Source: Gekko japonicus (Eukaryota). Taken from it: 64,000 nt of DNA. Position numbers and translations under genes: made by a program. Numbering within the stretch: the stretch's first letter is position 1; every line of letters starts with the position of its first letter. The stretch spans positions 281,633-345,632 of the forward strand of contig NW_015165238.1 of assembly GCF_001447785.1 (NCBI RefSeq), written 5' to 3'. The notes beneath the pieces were generated by a model. The model saw only the letters and a program-made list of their open reading frames with translations. It was not told the origin of the DNA and searched no databases. Shown here piece by piece: positions 1-13,262 of the stretch.

Positions 1-1744
1 ATTACTTTGGTGAAAAGAGAAGCCCACAGCACAACAACTCTGTATCAAGTTATTCTCCCATATTTTCTTCCTCTGTCAACCACATAGTTCCTAGTTGGCA
101 AGGTATCAGGGGTCAGAAGCTATTAAAGTTGGTTACATTATTATGCATTATTAAATTTGTTTACAGAACACCCGGGAATTATGAATGATGATGACAAGGG
201 TACTCCATAGCTTTCTTACAAAAATCATTAATATTTTGCAAGCCATGTTGTGGGCCCTACCACCATTTCAACCCTGCCTGATTCCCCTCATTATTGCAAC
301 CCCATTTTTGCATGGCTTTTTTCTATGTGGGCCCCATGATCTCCACCACAGCTGTTTTGGTGGTCAAAGGGGGCTCTTCCTTCCTCTTTTATTCGTGGAA
401 AAATTGGTTGGATCCCACACCATGAGTACATTCTTGGAGCCATGGACCATTGCCACTGAATTGCTTGTATAGGAACATGGCACAATTCATCTTCCTGATT
501 TAGTCATAGGATCACCATCCATTTGTGGTTGACTTTGACCTTTATTATGGAGAACTGGAGTGAGAAATTTGTTTATGAGCATCAACATGTAATTATAACT
601 TTACCATTGAAATAACGGCATGAAGTTGTTATATACACATTATCACAGCTGTAAACAATCCTGGAACAGGGGAAGGATTTAATGTGAGGTTTTCAGTTGG
701 AATATCAGAGCCCAGCAGGAGAACTGAATTGAAGCAAGATAGACTAAATAGTCAAAGTAAACTTCTAGAGCTTTGGAGGGTAAGATTCTCTGGTATCCAT
801 GACAGTATTTTGAATATGTATACACCATTCAATATGTATAATATGGAATTTGTTTGTAAGTATCAACATGTATTCACAGCTCCACCACTAAGACAGTGGC
901 CTGAAGAAGCTAGAAGAAAGACAGCAACCTAGGCAATCCGTAGTTGCTTCTTTTGTGACTGTGTTTGGAGACAAAAAGGGAATGGTTTATAACTTCTGTG
1001 AAAAAGGACTGTAAATGAAAATACTAATTCATTTTAAGAACACAATTTGTTGTCTGGTGCTTTATTTGTACAGTTGTTGGGGTTTTTTGGATGGTTGCAT
1101 ACTTGCATGCACTGTACAGCCATTGGTGGTTGATTTCATGCCTGGGAACTGGCAGAACACTTGGGGGTGGGGACATGGGGGCACAATATTCTATGTACCA
1201 CAACCACTACGTCACTTCTGAGTTTTCCCCAGCAATAATTTTATTATGGATGAAATATTGCTCCATTCCATATGTTAATATGTCTTATACATTAATACAA
1301 TAGAAAATCTGTAGAGTTACAAAATGTTATTTATTTGGAAAATAGATAGGTTAGTACTGTCGGGTGAAACACACATTTTGTCTGAGATCCAAAGAGAGGC
1401 TTTAGGTGCCTCTAACAGCTGAGACATGCTCAGTGAAAAGTATATATTGCTATAAATAATAGACAAAAATGGAACAAAACCTGTTTTCAATTGTTTTCCC
1501 CAATTTCCACAGTGGTCCACCATATTCATATGAGGTAATGTTCATTGACAAAGATAACATGAGATGAAAGCCTCTTGAGATATACAGCTTGAGCAGCATA
1601 GCTCTTGGGATCCTTGACAGAAACATTTATGGCAACGTCATAGCCAACCAAACAAGTGTCAGGTAGCCTTGCTCACAGACTCTTTAACAGCTTCATTGCC
1701 TAGTCCAAAGAGTTCACTGAAGGAGTCAAGACAATACAGATGAC

Positions 1745-1890
1745 AGAGAGGACTTTTCAAGAACAGCTCTTATCATAACCATGGCTTGCCCAAGGTCATC
1801 CAGCCAGGTGCAAGTGGAGGAGTGGGAAATCAAACCCAGTTCTCCCAGATTAGAGTCTGCGCACTTAACCACTACACCAACCTGGCTCTT
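1745..1890 (-). mobile_element. tRNA-derived SINE (Squam3-like), 5' part
   Basis: Reverse complement reads GAGCCAGGTTGGTGTAGTGGTTAAGTGC..GACTCTAATCTGGGAGAACTGGGTTTGATTTCCC (A/B boxes); matches copies at 34250 and 40632. Confidence 0.75.
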
Positions 1891-2731
1891 AAAGACCCTA
1901 ACAATGACCCCATAAAAGAAAGAAACCAGTTAGATCTGGTGAGCAGGTGGAAAATGCAGTCTTTTTCCCAATAAAAGATGAGATCCTTGGAAAGGTTTCT
2001 TTGATATAATCATAAAAAATTAGGGTTAAAAATAGCGATGCTAAGATAAATTATCTTATTTATTCATCTTTATCAAATTTCTCCCTCTTTTAAGGATTTT
2101 GGAGTTTATCAGTTATCAATTTCCTATCAATTTCGTTTTGCTCAAAGAGAAATTCAGGAAGGAAGGTTCTGCACATTTTCAGAATTTCATTCTGTAGATG
2201 CTCAGAGGCAGGTGATATTTCCCCAAATCAGCCTTCCTACTAGAGCACTATCCTAGGACTGAAGTTATATAAAAAAGTAAATTGATTACCCTACAAAGAG
2301 AAATCAAAGAGAAATCCCTCTTTTAAAAGAGAAAAAAGAAAAAAATGGAATCAATTACTTTATATTTAATCAAGAATATCAAGAAAAGAAAAACCTCCCC
2401 CTCCCCATAACCAAGCTTATTAAGAGAAATGGTGGTAACTCAAACAAAGATGGCAGAATAAATAATGCTAAACTGTATCTTGAAGTTATTGCTGCAAGAG
2501 ATTTAAAGCAGTGGTATCAAATTATTGAAAAGAGCAATTAAATTAGGTTTGCCGAATGTTAAATGCACCACAAAGTAGGCTGTTACCAAGTCAACTAGGA
2601 ATCCCAGCATAGACTGCTAAATGAATCATACTCACAGTAAACAAATACATTTGTTTTTATTCTTCCGTACCAACAATTAACCCACCAAATTCTTCCCTTC
2701 TCCATTTTTTTTTAAAAATGGAAGAATTGTT

Positions 2732-3651
2732 TCATTTTTTCAACTGTGTTACATCAGTATTCATTTTTTTAAGTAACTTCTCTTTTGTGTTCCTATCAGG
2801 CCTCATGAAAATTATGTAGATTTTGGGGAGAAAGATGCATCCTAGCATACCAGTACTGGAAGCTAAAATAGAGAATATCTCTACAGCCACCATGAATTTC
2901 CCCCTGGTACTTAGGTACGTGGGAATAAAGGTGATCCAAACGCTGCAGAACACCAGCATACTGAAAGTGATAAACTTGGCTTCATTGAAAACATCCGGTA
3001 GTTTCCTAGCTAGGAAAGCTACAGTGAAGCTGACAATTGCAAGGAAGCCCAAGTAACCTAAGACTGTGTAGAACATGACAATGGCTCCTTCATTGCATTT
3101 CATTACGATCTGCTTAGCTTCAGATTTTAGATCAAAATCAGGGAATGGGGGAGAGGACCTAAGCCAGGCAATACAGATGGCAACTTGAACAAGGGTGCAA
3201 GAGAGAAAGATGGCAATAGTCACTTTTGCATTAACCCATTTCCTCATTCTACTTCCAGGCTTGGTGGCCATGAAAGCCAGAACCACAGTCACAGTCTTTG
3301 CCAACACACAAGAGACAGAGGCAGAGAAGATGATGCCAAAAGCTATTTGTTGGAGTAGGCAGGTTATTTTCCCAGGCTGGCCAATAAAAAGCAAAGGGCA
3401 AAGAAAGCAGAGCATGAGGGACAGGAGGAGAATATAGGTAAGATTCCGGTTATTGGCTTTGACAATGGGAGTATCTTGATACTTAACAAAGGTTCCTAAG
3501 ACAAAAACTGTGATCAGAAAAAGTAAACCAGTTATGACAACTAAAGTAATCCCCAGAGGCTCATGAAAGGACAAGAACGTGATTGGCTTCTGAAGGCATT
3601 TTTCTTTGTTAGGGTTTGGATACTGATCTTCCGGACACTTCTCACAATGAT
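2732..3651 (-). CDS. V2R exon 6 (end of Cys-rich domain plus 7TM)
   Basis: [30 protein letters not shown]...TPIVKANN...[14 protein letters not shown]; ORF track 2732..3574; acceptor inferred at the CAG ending at 3652. Confidence 0.9.
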
Positions 3652-6600
3652 CTGCATTTCAATGGGAAGAACAAATGTTAAAGTGCTTGCAGATTACAGT
3701 CAGAGTGCTCAGACAGATTCATGTTTCACTCTACCCTTCCTGAGGCACAGTATTTACCTTTCCTGTTGGGAAGAACACCTGGAAAAATGAATGGAATGTT
3801 CAGATAGTGGCTTTGTCTTGACCAAGAGCAAAGCAATGAATACTGCATTCACTCCTCTGTCCTTGGGCAGAAAAGCAGTGAAAATGATGGCGGGCATGGA
3901 AAGGTGTCCACAGACCTATGACTGGTCATTCTGTTGGATTGTGAGCCATAGACCAAAGAAGAGGTCGCTCACCTTTAAGGTGGACCATTGAAATCCAATA
4001 ATTGATTTCACTGTGATTGAAGGTTGTAAGGTTGCATCTCCCCCCCCCCTCAAGTGTTTAAAGTGTGGAGTCATTTTCATGGCAGGATCTCACCTCCTGA
4101 AATCAGCTTTTGTGGGTTTTGTATTGTGTCTTATAAGATACATGGTCTTCAGTCATCAGCTGCTAAGTTTTGAGCCCAACTTTCAACCTGAGAGGTCTTC
4201 CTGTTGGCTTCCAACAATAACAGCTGTAATAATATAGAGCTAATGAAAATGGCAAAACAAAATACTCTGGTTTAATTGTGTAGGTGTGAACATACAGAAG
4301 GAAATCACTGAAATTTGGTGGAGGTCTGTATAAGTGAGAGAGTTCACCGAACTATAAAGCAATTTTAAGGCTCTCAGATATTATATTATTGATCATATTA
4401 TGCACTGTTCACACTTAATAGTATTGACCCTAGAGTGAAATTGAAATTAATGGTTAAACTTTGGCCCTGTTCATACGAGACGTTTTGGGTCGGGAGAGGG
4501 ACGGATTGGGGCCGGAGCAAATGGGCGTGATCCCACAGCAACATCTGGTAATCATGCTGCGCCCGTTCTCAGCCCGTTCCCAATCCGCCCCTCCCGGCCA
4601 AAACCCGCATCAAAAAAGAACCACCTACCTAGGTGGTTCTTTACGAAAGGCCGCATCACTGCCGGCCGTGGGATCGCCGGCGCGTCTTTTCGCCGGCACA
4701 TCCACGCCCCTCGGCCGTACTGTGCATGCTCGAGCATGCGCAGTTCGGCAGCCTCCCCCTCCCACTCGTCTCTTCCTCCCCGGCATCTGATCATGCCGGG
4801 GAGCAATGGCGGCGCGGCTCAGGGGATCGTGGGATCCCGCCGCGGCGTCTCTTTTTTGGTGTGGCTTTTAAAAGCCACACTTCGCCCAGTGTTTTCCCTG
4901 CCGTGTGGCAGGGGCCTTTGAATACCAGTTCTCTTATGAGGATCCATCCCATTTCCCCCCCAATGGCAGATAAAATGTATGCATGCTGTGAGTATGCATA
5001 CATTGATGATTATACAATGCTAGAGAGAATGCAGGAGATCCTGCTTTTTCAGAGTTTCATATGTGCATCAGAGTCCCATAATAGTTTGCAAGGTGTGATT
5101 TTTCAATAGATTTTTACCTATGTAATTGGAAAATGTTCCTTCTGGGCATGGAGAACACTCAAAACAACAGACTGGTTTTCCTTCTATAGCTTGTTTTTGG
5201 TGTCCTGGAAGGCAGCTCTTTGTGCATGTTGACTGTGGCACCTACATAAATGGATTTAAAAAATACCAAGACCATGAATATTTAAAAAAAATGGTTCTAC
5301 TAACTACAACAAAGTCCACAACCAAATAAGTCAAATGTTTATGACTCTTCTCATTTTTAATTTGATTGACAGAGAAATCTTTATAATCATGAATAATATA
5401 TGAATGAATGAATATGAATTATTCATTCAACAAGTTCTAGCATTGTTTGGATAATATACACTGTACACCATACCCGTCTACCAAATGAAAAAGAAACATT
5501 GATGATGAAAGGTAGGGCATACTATTGGTTCAAGGACACAGTTCTTACCATATGAAAATATGCATGCCAAACAATTGCTTTTGAATTTATTGAGAATGAT
5601 GGTTCTCTTGATGTATGATGTAGAATGATTCTCCCAACTTTCCTGTTAAGGAATGTTCTATTCTTGAAGACTGCCCAGTTCAGTATGTCAAATCCAGCAG
5701 CTGAGTCCTGATTCTCATCAAAAAACATCTCATTTGTAGTGTTTTTATGGTACTGAACTTCCTTCAAAAACTGATGGAGCTGTATAGTGTACAATCAATT
5801 AAATTTACAACTTCAGACAGCTCTGTATTTATATTTCAGTTTCTCAACATCATTTATAACCAACTCACAGCTAATGGGGGGAAGGCTGAGTAACTCCATA
5901 TACTGCAAACATGTTTGTTCCAAATACAGAGGATAATAAAAACACTCAATTAGCACAGCAATTTGAAAGGTTTATACTAATAAAACTATGAACTGTTACT
6001 GTTAGGGTTGCCAGCTCTGGGTTGGGAAATACCTGGAGAATTTGGAGGTGGAGCTTGAGGAAGCGGGGTTTTAGGATGGGAGGGATTCCAGCAGGGTATA
6101 ATGCCATAGAGTCCACCTTCCAAAGCAGCCATTTCATCCAGAGGAATTGATCTCTGTCACCTGGAGATCACTTGTAATCCCAGGACATCCTCAGCTACCA
6201 CCTGGAGGTTGGCAGCCGTAGTTACTGTGACTATGTTCTATTTTGGAGGAAAAGTTCATGGTGCTAAGAGCACAGCCTTCTTCATGATGACATCATGATG
6301 ATCAAAAAGCATTTTGGGGTGAAATCAGTTTAATGTTTTAAGTTTAGATTGAGGATGGGCTATGGCCTAACTCTGGGTGATGTCATCACATCGGGTTTGG
6401 AGCCCCCAATGGTGGGAAAAAAACCACTGAAAACTGGGGATTGATGACATTGCCAGAAATAAACATGACACGCCTACATCACCCAGAATTGATGTCATTG
6501 CGTCGGGGATGTCAGGAGGGTGATGCTGTAGTGTTTGGGCAAACCTCTATGTTTTTTTGCCTTCAAAACCATAGAGTTTGCCCCAAAACTAGACCCTCCA

Positions 6601-9600
6601 CTGGGAACTGGGGGCTGTCAACCCTAGACTTACTTCCTGCATGAAAATGGAGTGCTCTGGTATTAGGCCAGGAAGTAAGTCTAGGGTTTTGGGGCAAAAT
6701 CTATGGTTTGAGGCTGATTTTACCATAGAGTTTTGCCCAAAAACCAGAGTGTCACCCCAAATATCACCTACATGCCTATGTCACTTCACACAATTTCACT
6801 CCCCAATCCCAGAATATCCCCCACATCCCCCACAAGTGTTTCTAATAGACCCGGCAGCCTTAATATCTCAGTACACTTTTGAGGGCCTAATTCTACTTAG
6901 GATTGAACCATTAAAACTTTTATCCTTCACAGGGTTGTATTCAGTTTAAATAACAACAGCAATGCAGTGAACAGACCCTGAGGAATTTCTCTGCAAATGG
7001 CTGTAGTTCTGGCCATGAGTATGGTTGACTGTATTAAGGGGTTAGACAGATTCATGAAGGATAGGTGGCTACTAGCTGTAGCAAATAAAGGGAATCTCCA
7101 CACTCCAAGGCAGCAAGCCATTGAATACCTCTGCCAGGAGGCAAGATCAGAGAAGGCCTTTGTCTCTATACTTTGTTTGTTGGCTCCCCAGGGTAATTGG
7201 TTGGCTGCTGTGTGAAATAGGCTAGATGGACCACTGCTCTGATACAGCTGGGTTGTTCTTATGTTCTTAGCAATAATGTTTATTTTATTTATTTGGGAAA
7301 TGTGTGTGCTGTCTTTTCCAGAGATCTGCTTAATAATAACAGGCCCCGGTCACACGGGCAGGAAACTGCAGAGGAGAAGCATGGCTGTTTGCCCTGGGGC
7401 AAACTACTGCGCAGTTACGTGATCAGACCTCCTGTGGAGGTACCGTGGAGGTTCCATGGAGGTTCCATGGCAAGGGAGAGGTGCCGATCACAGTACAAGC
7501 CAGCGCGCAATGAAGAAGCGCGCGCCGCGGCAAACTGTTTTTTATTTTTGTGTACATGACAAATGCGCATGCTCCGTTGGGTGCGCATGCGCATCCACAG
7601 AGACTTGGACAAAAAACACACACCTTATTTGCAAGGGGACATGGGCGGGCGCCGGATGCCACCGGAAACGCGATCAGACACCCACCCTTGCCCCGCAGTT
7701 TCCGGAAACTAGTACCTCCAAGGTACTAGTTTTTTGCCCCACAGTTTCGGCTGGAAGCCTCGGTTGAGCCACGGGAGTGCTACGCTTCCCAGATGTGCTG
7801 GTGAGATCACGCCCGGAAACTCCGGCTGTTTTCCGTCTCACTTGTGTGGCTTCTGTTACGTGTGACCGCAGCCTCTATTCCTTTGATAGGTAATATTACA
7901 AATCAAATGGAGCAACCTTGAAAACTTCAGTTGCATCCTTTTATCCAAACATAGTCCTTGCTCTCCTATGCACATTTGTCAGGAAATGACATTTTTGATC
8001 AGACTATTCATTTGTTAATATTGATCTACTGAAAGGAATGCATTCAATGTAAAAGAAACTATGACCAACTTTGTTCAGAAACAGACATGCCAGAGAAGCA
8101 AACAGACATGACAGAGAAATCTCACTACCTTGCATGGTTTAATACTGTGCACCAGTGGTCTTGCTTGGTTCACCAGCTGTTTTTGAATGTGACTAGATGA
8201 ATACATTTTATGCAATGCTAGTGCAATAGCATAAACTGCTTTGTAGATATTGTAGCTCAAGTCCAATGTCTGAAAATCAAAACTGAAGCTAGGCAGATCT
8301 TGGAGCCTTTCATGTCCAGTACATGGGAACTGGTGCATATTGCCCAAATCTAGAGATGGAATCAAGCAGTGGAACACATTCCCCCAGAAATACTTCATGA
8401 AAACATCATCTGGGTATTTGCTGAGGCTTATGGTCTGAAGAAAATCTCGAAATCCAACAATTTCATTTGCATGATGAGCAAATGACAAGGCACCATTGAA
8501 TGCATGAAATCCTAGATGTGTTGGAGAGACCGTGGATAGGAAGTCCCACTGGAAAGTAGTGACCAGAACTTTCCCATGGAATGTGAAGCTTTCAAAGGTT
8601 ATCTTCACCCAGACCAGGTAATCTGTAGCTCCATAGACCACAATGATATTGGAGGAGGATGCCTTTATTTTTTCTTTCAGTTTCAACATAATTTTGGTGG
8701 GAGGGTTTTTTAAAAGCTTTTCTGTGAATTCAATGCATACCCCCTTTAGAACAAATTCCTTCTTCAAATTATGGACAAAATTTTCACTTTCTTCAGTATC
8801 GGAAACTATGAGACCAATCCAGGTCCAACCAAAGTGCAAAAGCACCTGGGTTATTCCAAAAGTCTGGAGAGCTTCACTTGAGACAGTCCGATAGAAAAAT
8901 GGGAAAAGGGTTTTATCACTAAAGACAGCATCTGATGACCCATAGCTAATCTAAACAGAAAGGGTAAGGTAATACTAGGGGTGACAAGTACAGTTCCAAT
9001 GATTTGTTTCAAAAGATAAATGTTCTTAACATTTAATTGCTGACAGATATTACAAGCTGAACTTCTTTCCCTGAGAACTAGTTCACAACGGCAACAAATG
9101 TTTTGATCTGTTATGACTGTAGCAGTTATATTTATGTTCAACTTGGAAAATATAGATAAAGATCGTATCACATTTTTCGTCTTGCACCCCCACTCTGCAT
9201 GCCCTAAAGGCTTTCCTCTACTGTGACAGTCACTTCGGCTGCTGCTAACACTTCTATTTGCACAAGAGCAACGTTTTTGAAGGAGCCTTCATGCATGCAG
9301 AAATGTTGCTGACAGAGGAAGCAAGTGCTGCAGTGGAGGAAAACCTCCACAGTGACCCCAGAGGAGTGCAAGGGGAACAGTCATAGGATTCAAGCCTTCA
9401 GGGGCATGGAGGTTAGTAGCCATTAGTAGTTATTTAGCATAGATTTCAACCATAATTACAAGCAGAAATTGAAATCAATTATTTGGATGTCGTCTTATCA
9501 GAAGTCTCTTAACTGGCAGTGGCTCAAATATTAAGTGATTATGTTGCTCTTGAGCTAGCGTTCTTGCCATAAAATCATAAATTGAACCAGACAGCCAATA

Positions 9601-11381
9601 ATGTAAATTTTAAAGGGGAACAGAGAGAAACTTCAGGGAATAGTACTCTTGTTTTCTTTTTGTCTTTGGATGCGGATGTTTTGTCTAATTAATGTGACTC
9701 TCTTTTCAACTGGAAGAACTATCTGCTTTGAATGTAGAGTTTTATCAGCAAAGTGAAGCAATCAAAGAATGAACATATGGAAGTTGCCTTACTGTCAGAC
9801 CACTGATAAAATCAGCTCAGTGTTTTCTACTTTTATTTACAACACTTTATTTAGTTACAATATCTACATACCTTTCTGACCAGTTGGGGCCACCAGGGCT
9901 GCTACTTTGATTAGCACTGAGGGCCTCAGTCAGATAAAGGCCTTTCTCAACAGCTACCTGAGATATTTTAACTGGAAATGCTGGACATTGAACATTGAAT
10001 CTTATGAACACAAAGCATATGTTCCACCACTGAACCTTCTCGTTATTATGCTGAACATCTCTCCCAGTAACACACACACACACACACCTGTGGTATCTTG
10101 TAAATCCCTAAGATGTTTGCCATCTGAATGGATGATGTGGACTTTAGCCCTCCAATAGCAGCGACAAGCTTGTTCCGTTTCCTACAGACAAAGTTGGGGA
10201 TTGTTCTGATCCTTTTGGAAAACAGACTCAAGGAACATTCATATGTTTTCCGTTCATTGAAATAATTTTCATGGATGTGAAATCCTAGAGTGATGTTGGG
10301 CAGCAAACCTAGGTTCCTGTTAATCTCCTCTATGGCATAGACCAAGGCTAGGACATGTTGATAGTTACGAGTTAGGGGGCTGCAATGAAAATTAAAATTT
10401 TAAATCCAAAAGAAATTTTGTGTGTTGTCCTCTCAGACTGCAAATTGCGATGATGGTGATGATGATGATGATAATGATGATATTATTATTATTATTCAAA
10501 ACACACATCATATATTATTCCATTTATACAAGGATGCTGTCAGGAAGGCCACTGCTTTTGACTAGAAATGATGGATGAACTATAATCTGGGGAAACTTCT
10601 GGCTCAAAATTCATGGTCTTAATCACGATTGCACTTTAACCACGAAGAACCACACTGGCTTAGATCTCAAGAATTACACAGGTAGTTCTGTGAAGCTAAG
10701 GGAGTTAAGACTTGTATTACTCAAATATAATTGGGCAATCTTCTTTTGAAGCCAAGATAAATTTTAAGTGGTTTGGGACAAAGCATCAGATCAAAGCCTG
10801 GGGGGAAATCACCCAATCTCTGCTTGGCCCTGATGGTGACCAACTTATCCCATTTTTCTCCATAACAGGATGGATGGGTCAGCAGCACACAAGTGCCTAC
10901 ATAAGGAACACAGAAGACTTGCAAGTTTTCCTGGATACTTACCAGCCCTGCCAATAATGCTTCATGATTTATTCAGATAGAACAGGCTGGCATAATACCA
11001 CCTATGGATCTAATGACTGTGACCATGACAATTTCTCCTTGTCTTATCTGCTTTTCATTGTGGCATGTGCATTTTACTTGGAAAAAAGCATTTTAGTTGA
11101 TAAGCAAGAAGGAAATGCATAGGAGAAAATGAACATTATGATTCCTGGTAGTGTTCCCAAAAAGAATTCTAAAGTACATGCCATCAAACATCCTGCTGTT
11201 CCTGTCATCCCCCTCCCCAAATTCCTGTCGCTTTCCGACATAGGGTGCACTTTTTGCTAGAGGAATAACCAAATATAATGAAGGACAGTTGCAAGGGTTG
11301 TTACTATCCATGGGTTGTGCTTGATTTAGCTAACATATACAGATAGTCATAGGAATAACATACATGTGAGATAAATGAGAT

Positions 11382-11444
<63 letters not shown>

Positions 11445-11699
11445 ATGGAATACATATTATATACTGCATGATAAAAGAGAGACTTACTATTCATCTAACA
11501 AGTATGCAAGTGGAGGCTGGGTATTAAATGCCTCTGTCTTATCCCAAGTAAGGTACTGGGATAAGACAGCACCAATAATGAAGTCTCCATCTTTATAATA
11601 TCCCTCTGGATAGTGGTGTTCAAGTCTGCACTCATGTTGTATCCTCTTCCCTACCAATTTTGGAAAGAACAGAGCTAAGAGTACCAGAACCAGCATCAT
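2732..11699 (-). CDS. Vomeronasal type-2 receptor (V2R, class C GPCR), 6 coding exons, ~866 aa, apparently intact
   Basis: Exons joined by hand in frame: 11699-11488 (212 nt), 10379-10088 (292), 8950-8129 (822), 5779-5549 (231), 5241-5118 (124), 3651-2732 (920) = 2601 nt. Signal peptide, Venus-flytrap motifs ([36 protein letters not shown]), nine-Cys domain and 7TM ([25 protein letters not shown]). Exon sizes 292 and 124 are typical of V2Rs. Confidence 0.93.
4463..4916. mobile_element. Non-autonomous PIF/Harbinger-like MITE in V2R intron 5
   Basis: Imperfect TIRs GGCCCTGTTCATACG / CGTGTGGCAGGGGCC, 3-bp flanking repeat TTT, CpG-rich, internal palindromes (e.g. GTGTGGCTTTTAAAAGCCACAC). Confidence 0.7.
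5118..5241 (-). CDS. V2R exon 5 (cysteine-rich domain)
   Basis: tttatgtag acceptor; [41 protein letters not shown]; donor GTAAAA; 124 nt. Confidence 0.92.
5549..5779 (-). CDS. V2R exon 4
   Basis: tatacag acceptor; [10 protein letters not shown]...[15 protein letters not shown]...INSKAIVW; donor GTAAG. Confidence 0.9.
6003..6220. mobile_element. hAT (Tip100-like) MITE
   Basis: TIR TAGGGTTGCCA / TGGCAGCCGTA; exact 8-bp TSD GTTACTGT at 5995-6002 and 6221-6228. Confidence 0.85.
6300..6860. repeat. Decayed hAT/Tip100-like fragments arranged as an inverted pair
   Basis: AACCCTAGACTTACTTCCTG (6620-6639) inverted as CAGGAAGTAAGTCTAGGGTT (6669-6688); recurring CCATAGAGTTT(T)GCCC motifs. Confidence 0.5.
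6975..7268 (+). mobile_element. CR1 LINE 3' fragment
   Basis: ..KGLDRFM.DR.. terminal ORF2 motif followed by 3' UTR ending GTTCTTATGTTCTTA, the squamate CR1-type tail. Confidence 0.7.
7342..7873. mobile_element. Harbinger-like MITE family A, copy 1 (V2R intron 3)
   Basis: TIRs GGCCCCGGTCACACG / CGTGTGACCGCAGCC; closely similar to 43462-43992 and related to 33296-33806. Confidence 0.85.
8129..8950 (-). CDS. V2R exon 3
   Basis: ttctgtttag acceptor; [23 protein letters not shown]...[11 protein letters not shown]...[15 protein letters not shown]...KPCK; donor GTAGTG. Confidence 0.92.
10088..10379 (-). CDS. V2R exon 2
   Basis: ttcattgcag acceptor; [33 protein letters not shown]...YKIPQ; donor GTGTGT; 292 nt. 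Confidence 0.92.
11382..11444. repeat. (TAG)n microsatellite in V2R intron 1
   Basis: About 21 perfect GTA units. Confidence 0.95.
11488..11699 (-). CDS. V2R exon 1 (signal peptide, start of extracellular domain)
   Basis: [17 protein letters not shown]...[13 protein letters not shown]; ends TA|GTAAGT donor, phase 2. Confidence 0.85.
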
Positions 11700-12618
11700 G
11701 GAAACTGTTGTGTGGGGGGAAAAACAAGCATTGACAGAGCATGTTTCATGAATAGGCATATCCCTGAGATAAGGCTTTGGAAAAAGGATCCATTCTGCAA
11801 AAGTTTAGAATAAGGAACCTTTTTGTAAGTCTACCCTGACAGGATAAATAATCAAGGGATGTCTCCAACTGAAACAATGTGTCAAATAAACTGCTGACTC
11901 CCTGTCATCTAGCAATCTGTAATTTATCTACTCTGCAGTCTCCTCTGAAGTTCAGCCAAAAGGAACTTTTGAAATGAATTTGGTACTTCATGTAAACCAT
12001 TCTGAGAGAAGCAAAAAGTCTGGTGATGTGTGAATTTTGTTCTGGGCTCTTCACATGCATAAATTGCTATCTATTCCACCCAAAGAAAACTACAAGGCAA
12101 ATTTAGACGTTATGGTCAGGGTGAAATAGAAATATCTGTAGAATTTTGAGAGAAGCATAGACGTTTTTGTTAAGAAAGGCTTTTTGGAGGGAGAGGAAAC
12201 ATATTTATCTATCTTTATACTCTCTCCCTTATCTCTTCATTTCTGATACACTCTCTTAAAATGGCACAATTACTTATAGCTCTATGCTCTGGGTAGAAAA
12301 TACTAAGCTAGGGAGACAAATTGACCTATTTATACCTTCTCTGTAAAGTTCTGGATAAAATTATAACCACCCAGTTCACTCTCATTATGGCAATTACATT
12401 AGTTCATTTTTTAATACAAACATTTATTGATGTAATTCTTATGATCTTCAGCTGAACATGGAATGAGGGATGAACACAGGTGTCTCAATAATTATAAGGT
12501 AGACCAAAGGTGAATTTTCATCTTGAAAAGTTGTGTGGTGTTTTGTTTTTAGCTCTTCTGCTCGTGTCTTGGGGGAAAAAATAGGTTATCATGTCTTGAT
12601 TTAACTGAATGTTGCAAG

Positions 12619-12977
12619 TTTTATTTATTTATTTATTTATTTTCATACTTATACCCCGCCCTCCCCAGTGGGCTCAGGGCGGCTCACAGAGGCAAGAACA
12701 ACTTGCCATGATAAAACAATATATACAAAACAGTTTAAAACATATACTACATATTAAAATATAATAACAGGTGCTCAAGCTCCCATTCATAATCTAAAAG
12801 ATGGCGGATTGAATGTCCAAAGTCCCACGAAGACGGCAGGAGGATTCTTCGGTAGCAGATGTTTAATCAGGACCTCGGGGCGGTGGCGGTATAGTAGGGG
12901 TGGCGGCTCCTACTCGAAAGCCTGGCGGAAGAGCTCCGTCTTGCAGGCCCTGCGGAATTGCATGAGGTCCCGCAGTT
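12619..12977 (-). mobile_element. L2 LINE 3' end
   Basis: (TTTA)n tail then ATACCCCGCCCTCCCC..GGCTCAGGGCGGCTCACA; ORF2 end (..LMQFRRACKTELFRQAF) on minus. Confidence 0.7.
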
Positions 12978-13039
12978 CAATGGCCAGTTGCAAAGGAAAT
13001 CAGGGATTTTGTGCTTTTCATAGTTGCGAAGGAAAATGA

Positions 13040-13262
13040 ATTCCAATGGAGTTCGTTTCAGGTGGGGTAGCCCTGTTGGTCTGAAGAAGCAAAACAAAGT
13101 TTGAGTCCAGGGGCACCTTTAAGACAAAGTTTTATTCAAGGTATAAACTTTCATGTGCAAGCACAAAGTATCTGGAGAAGTGTGCTTGCACACAAAAGTT
13201 TATACATTAAATAAAACTTTGTTGGTCTTAAAGATGTCACTGGACTCAAACTTTGTTCCAGT
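13040..13262. mobile_element. Penelope-like element remnant forming an inverted repeat
   Basis: ACAAAGTTTGAGTCCAG..CTTTAAGAC..AAAGTTTTATT..TGTGCAAGCACA mirrored by TGTGCTTGCACA..AATAAAACTTT..GTCTTAAAG..CTGGACTCAAACTTTGT. Confidence 0.6.

Noticed and set aside
4461-5109. Overlapping GC-rich ORFs as novel genes (also those at 7293-7767, 13852-14246, 33210-33700, 43535-44111)
   Set aside because: All lie within GC-rich MITEs where stops are rare; no protein motifs.
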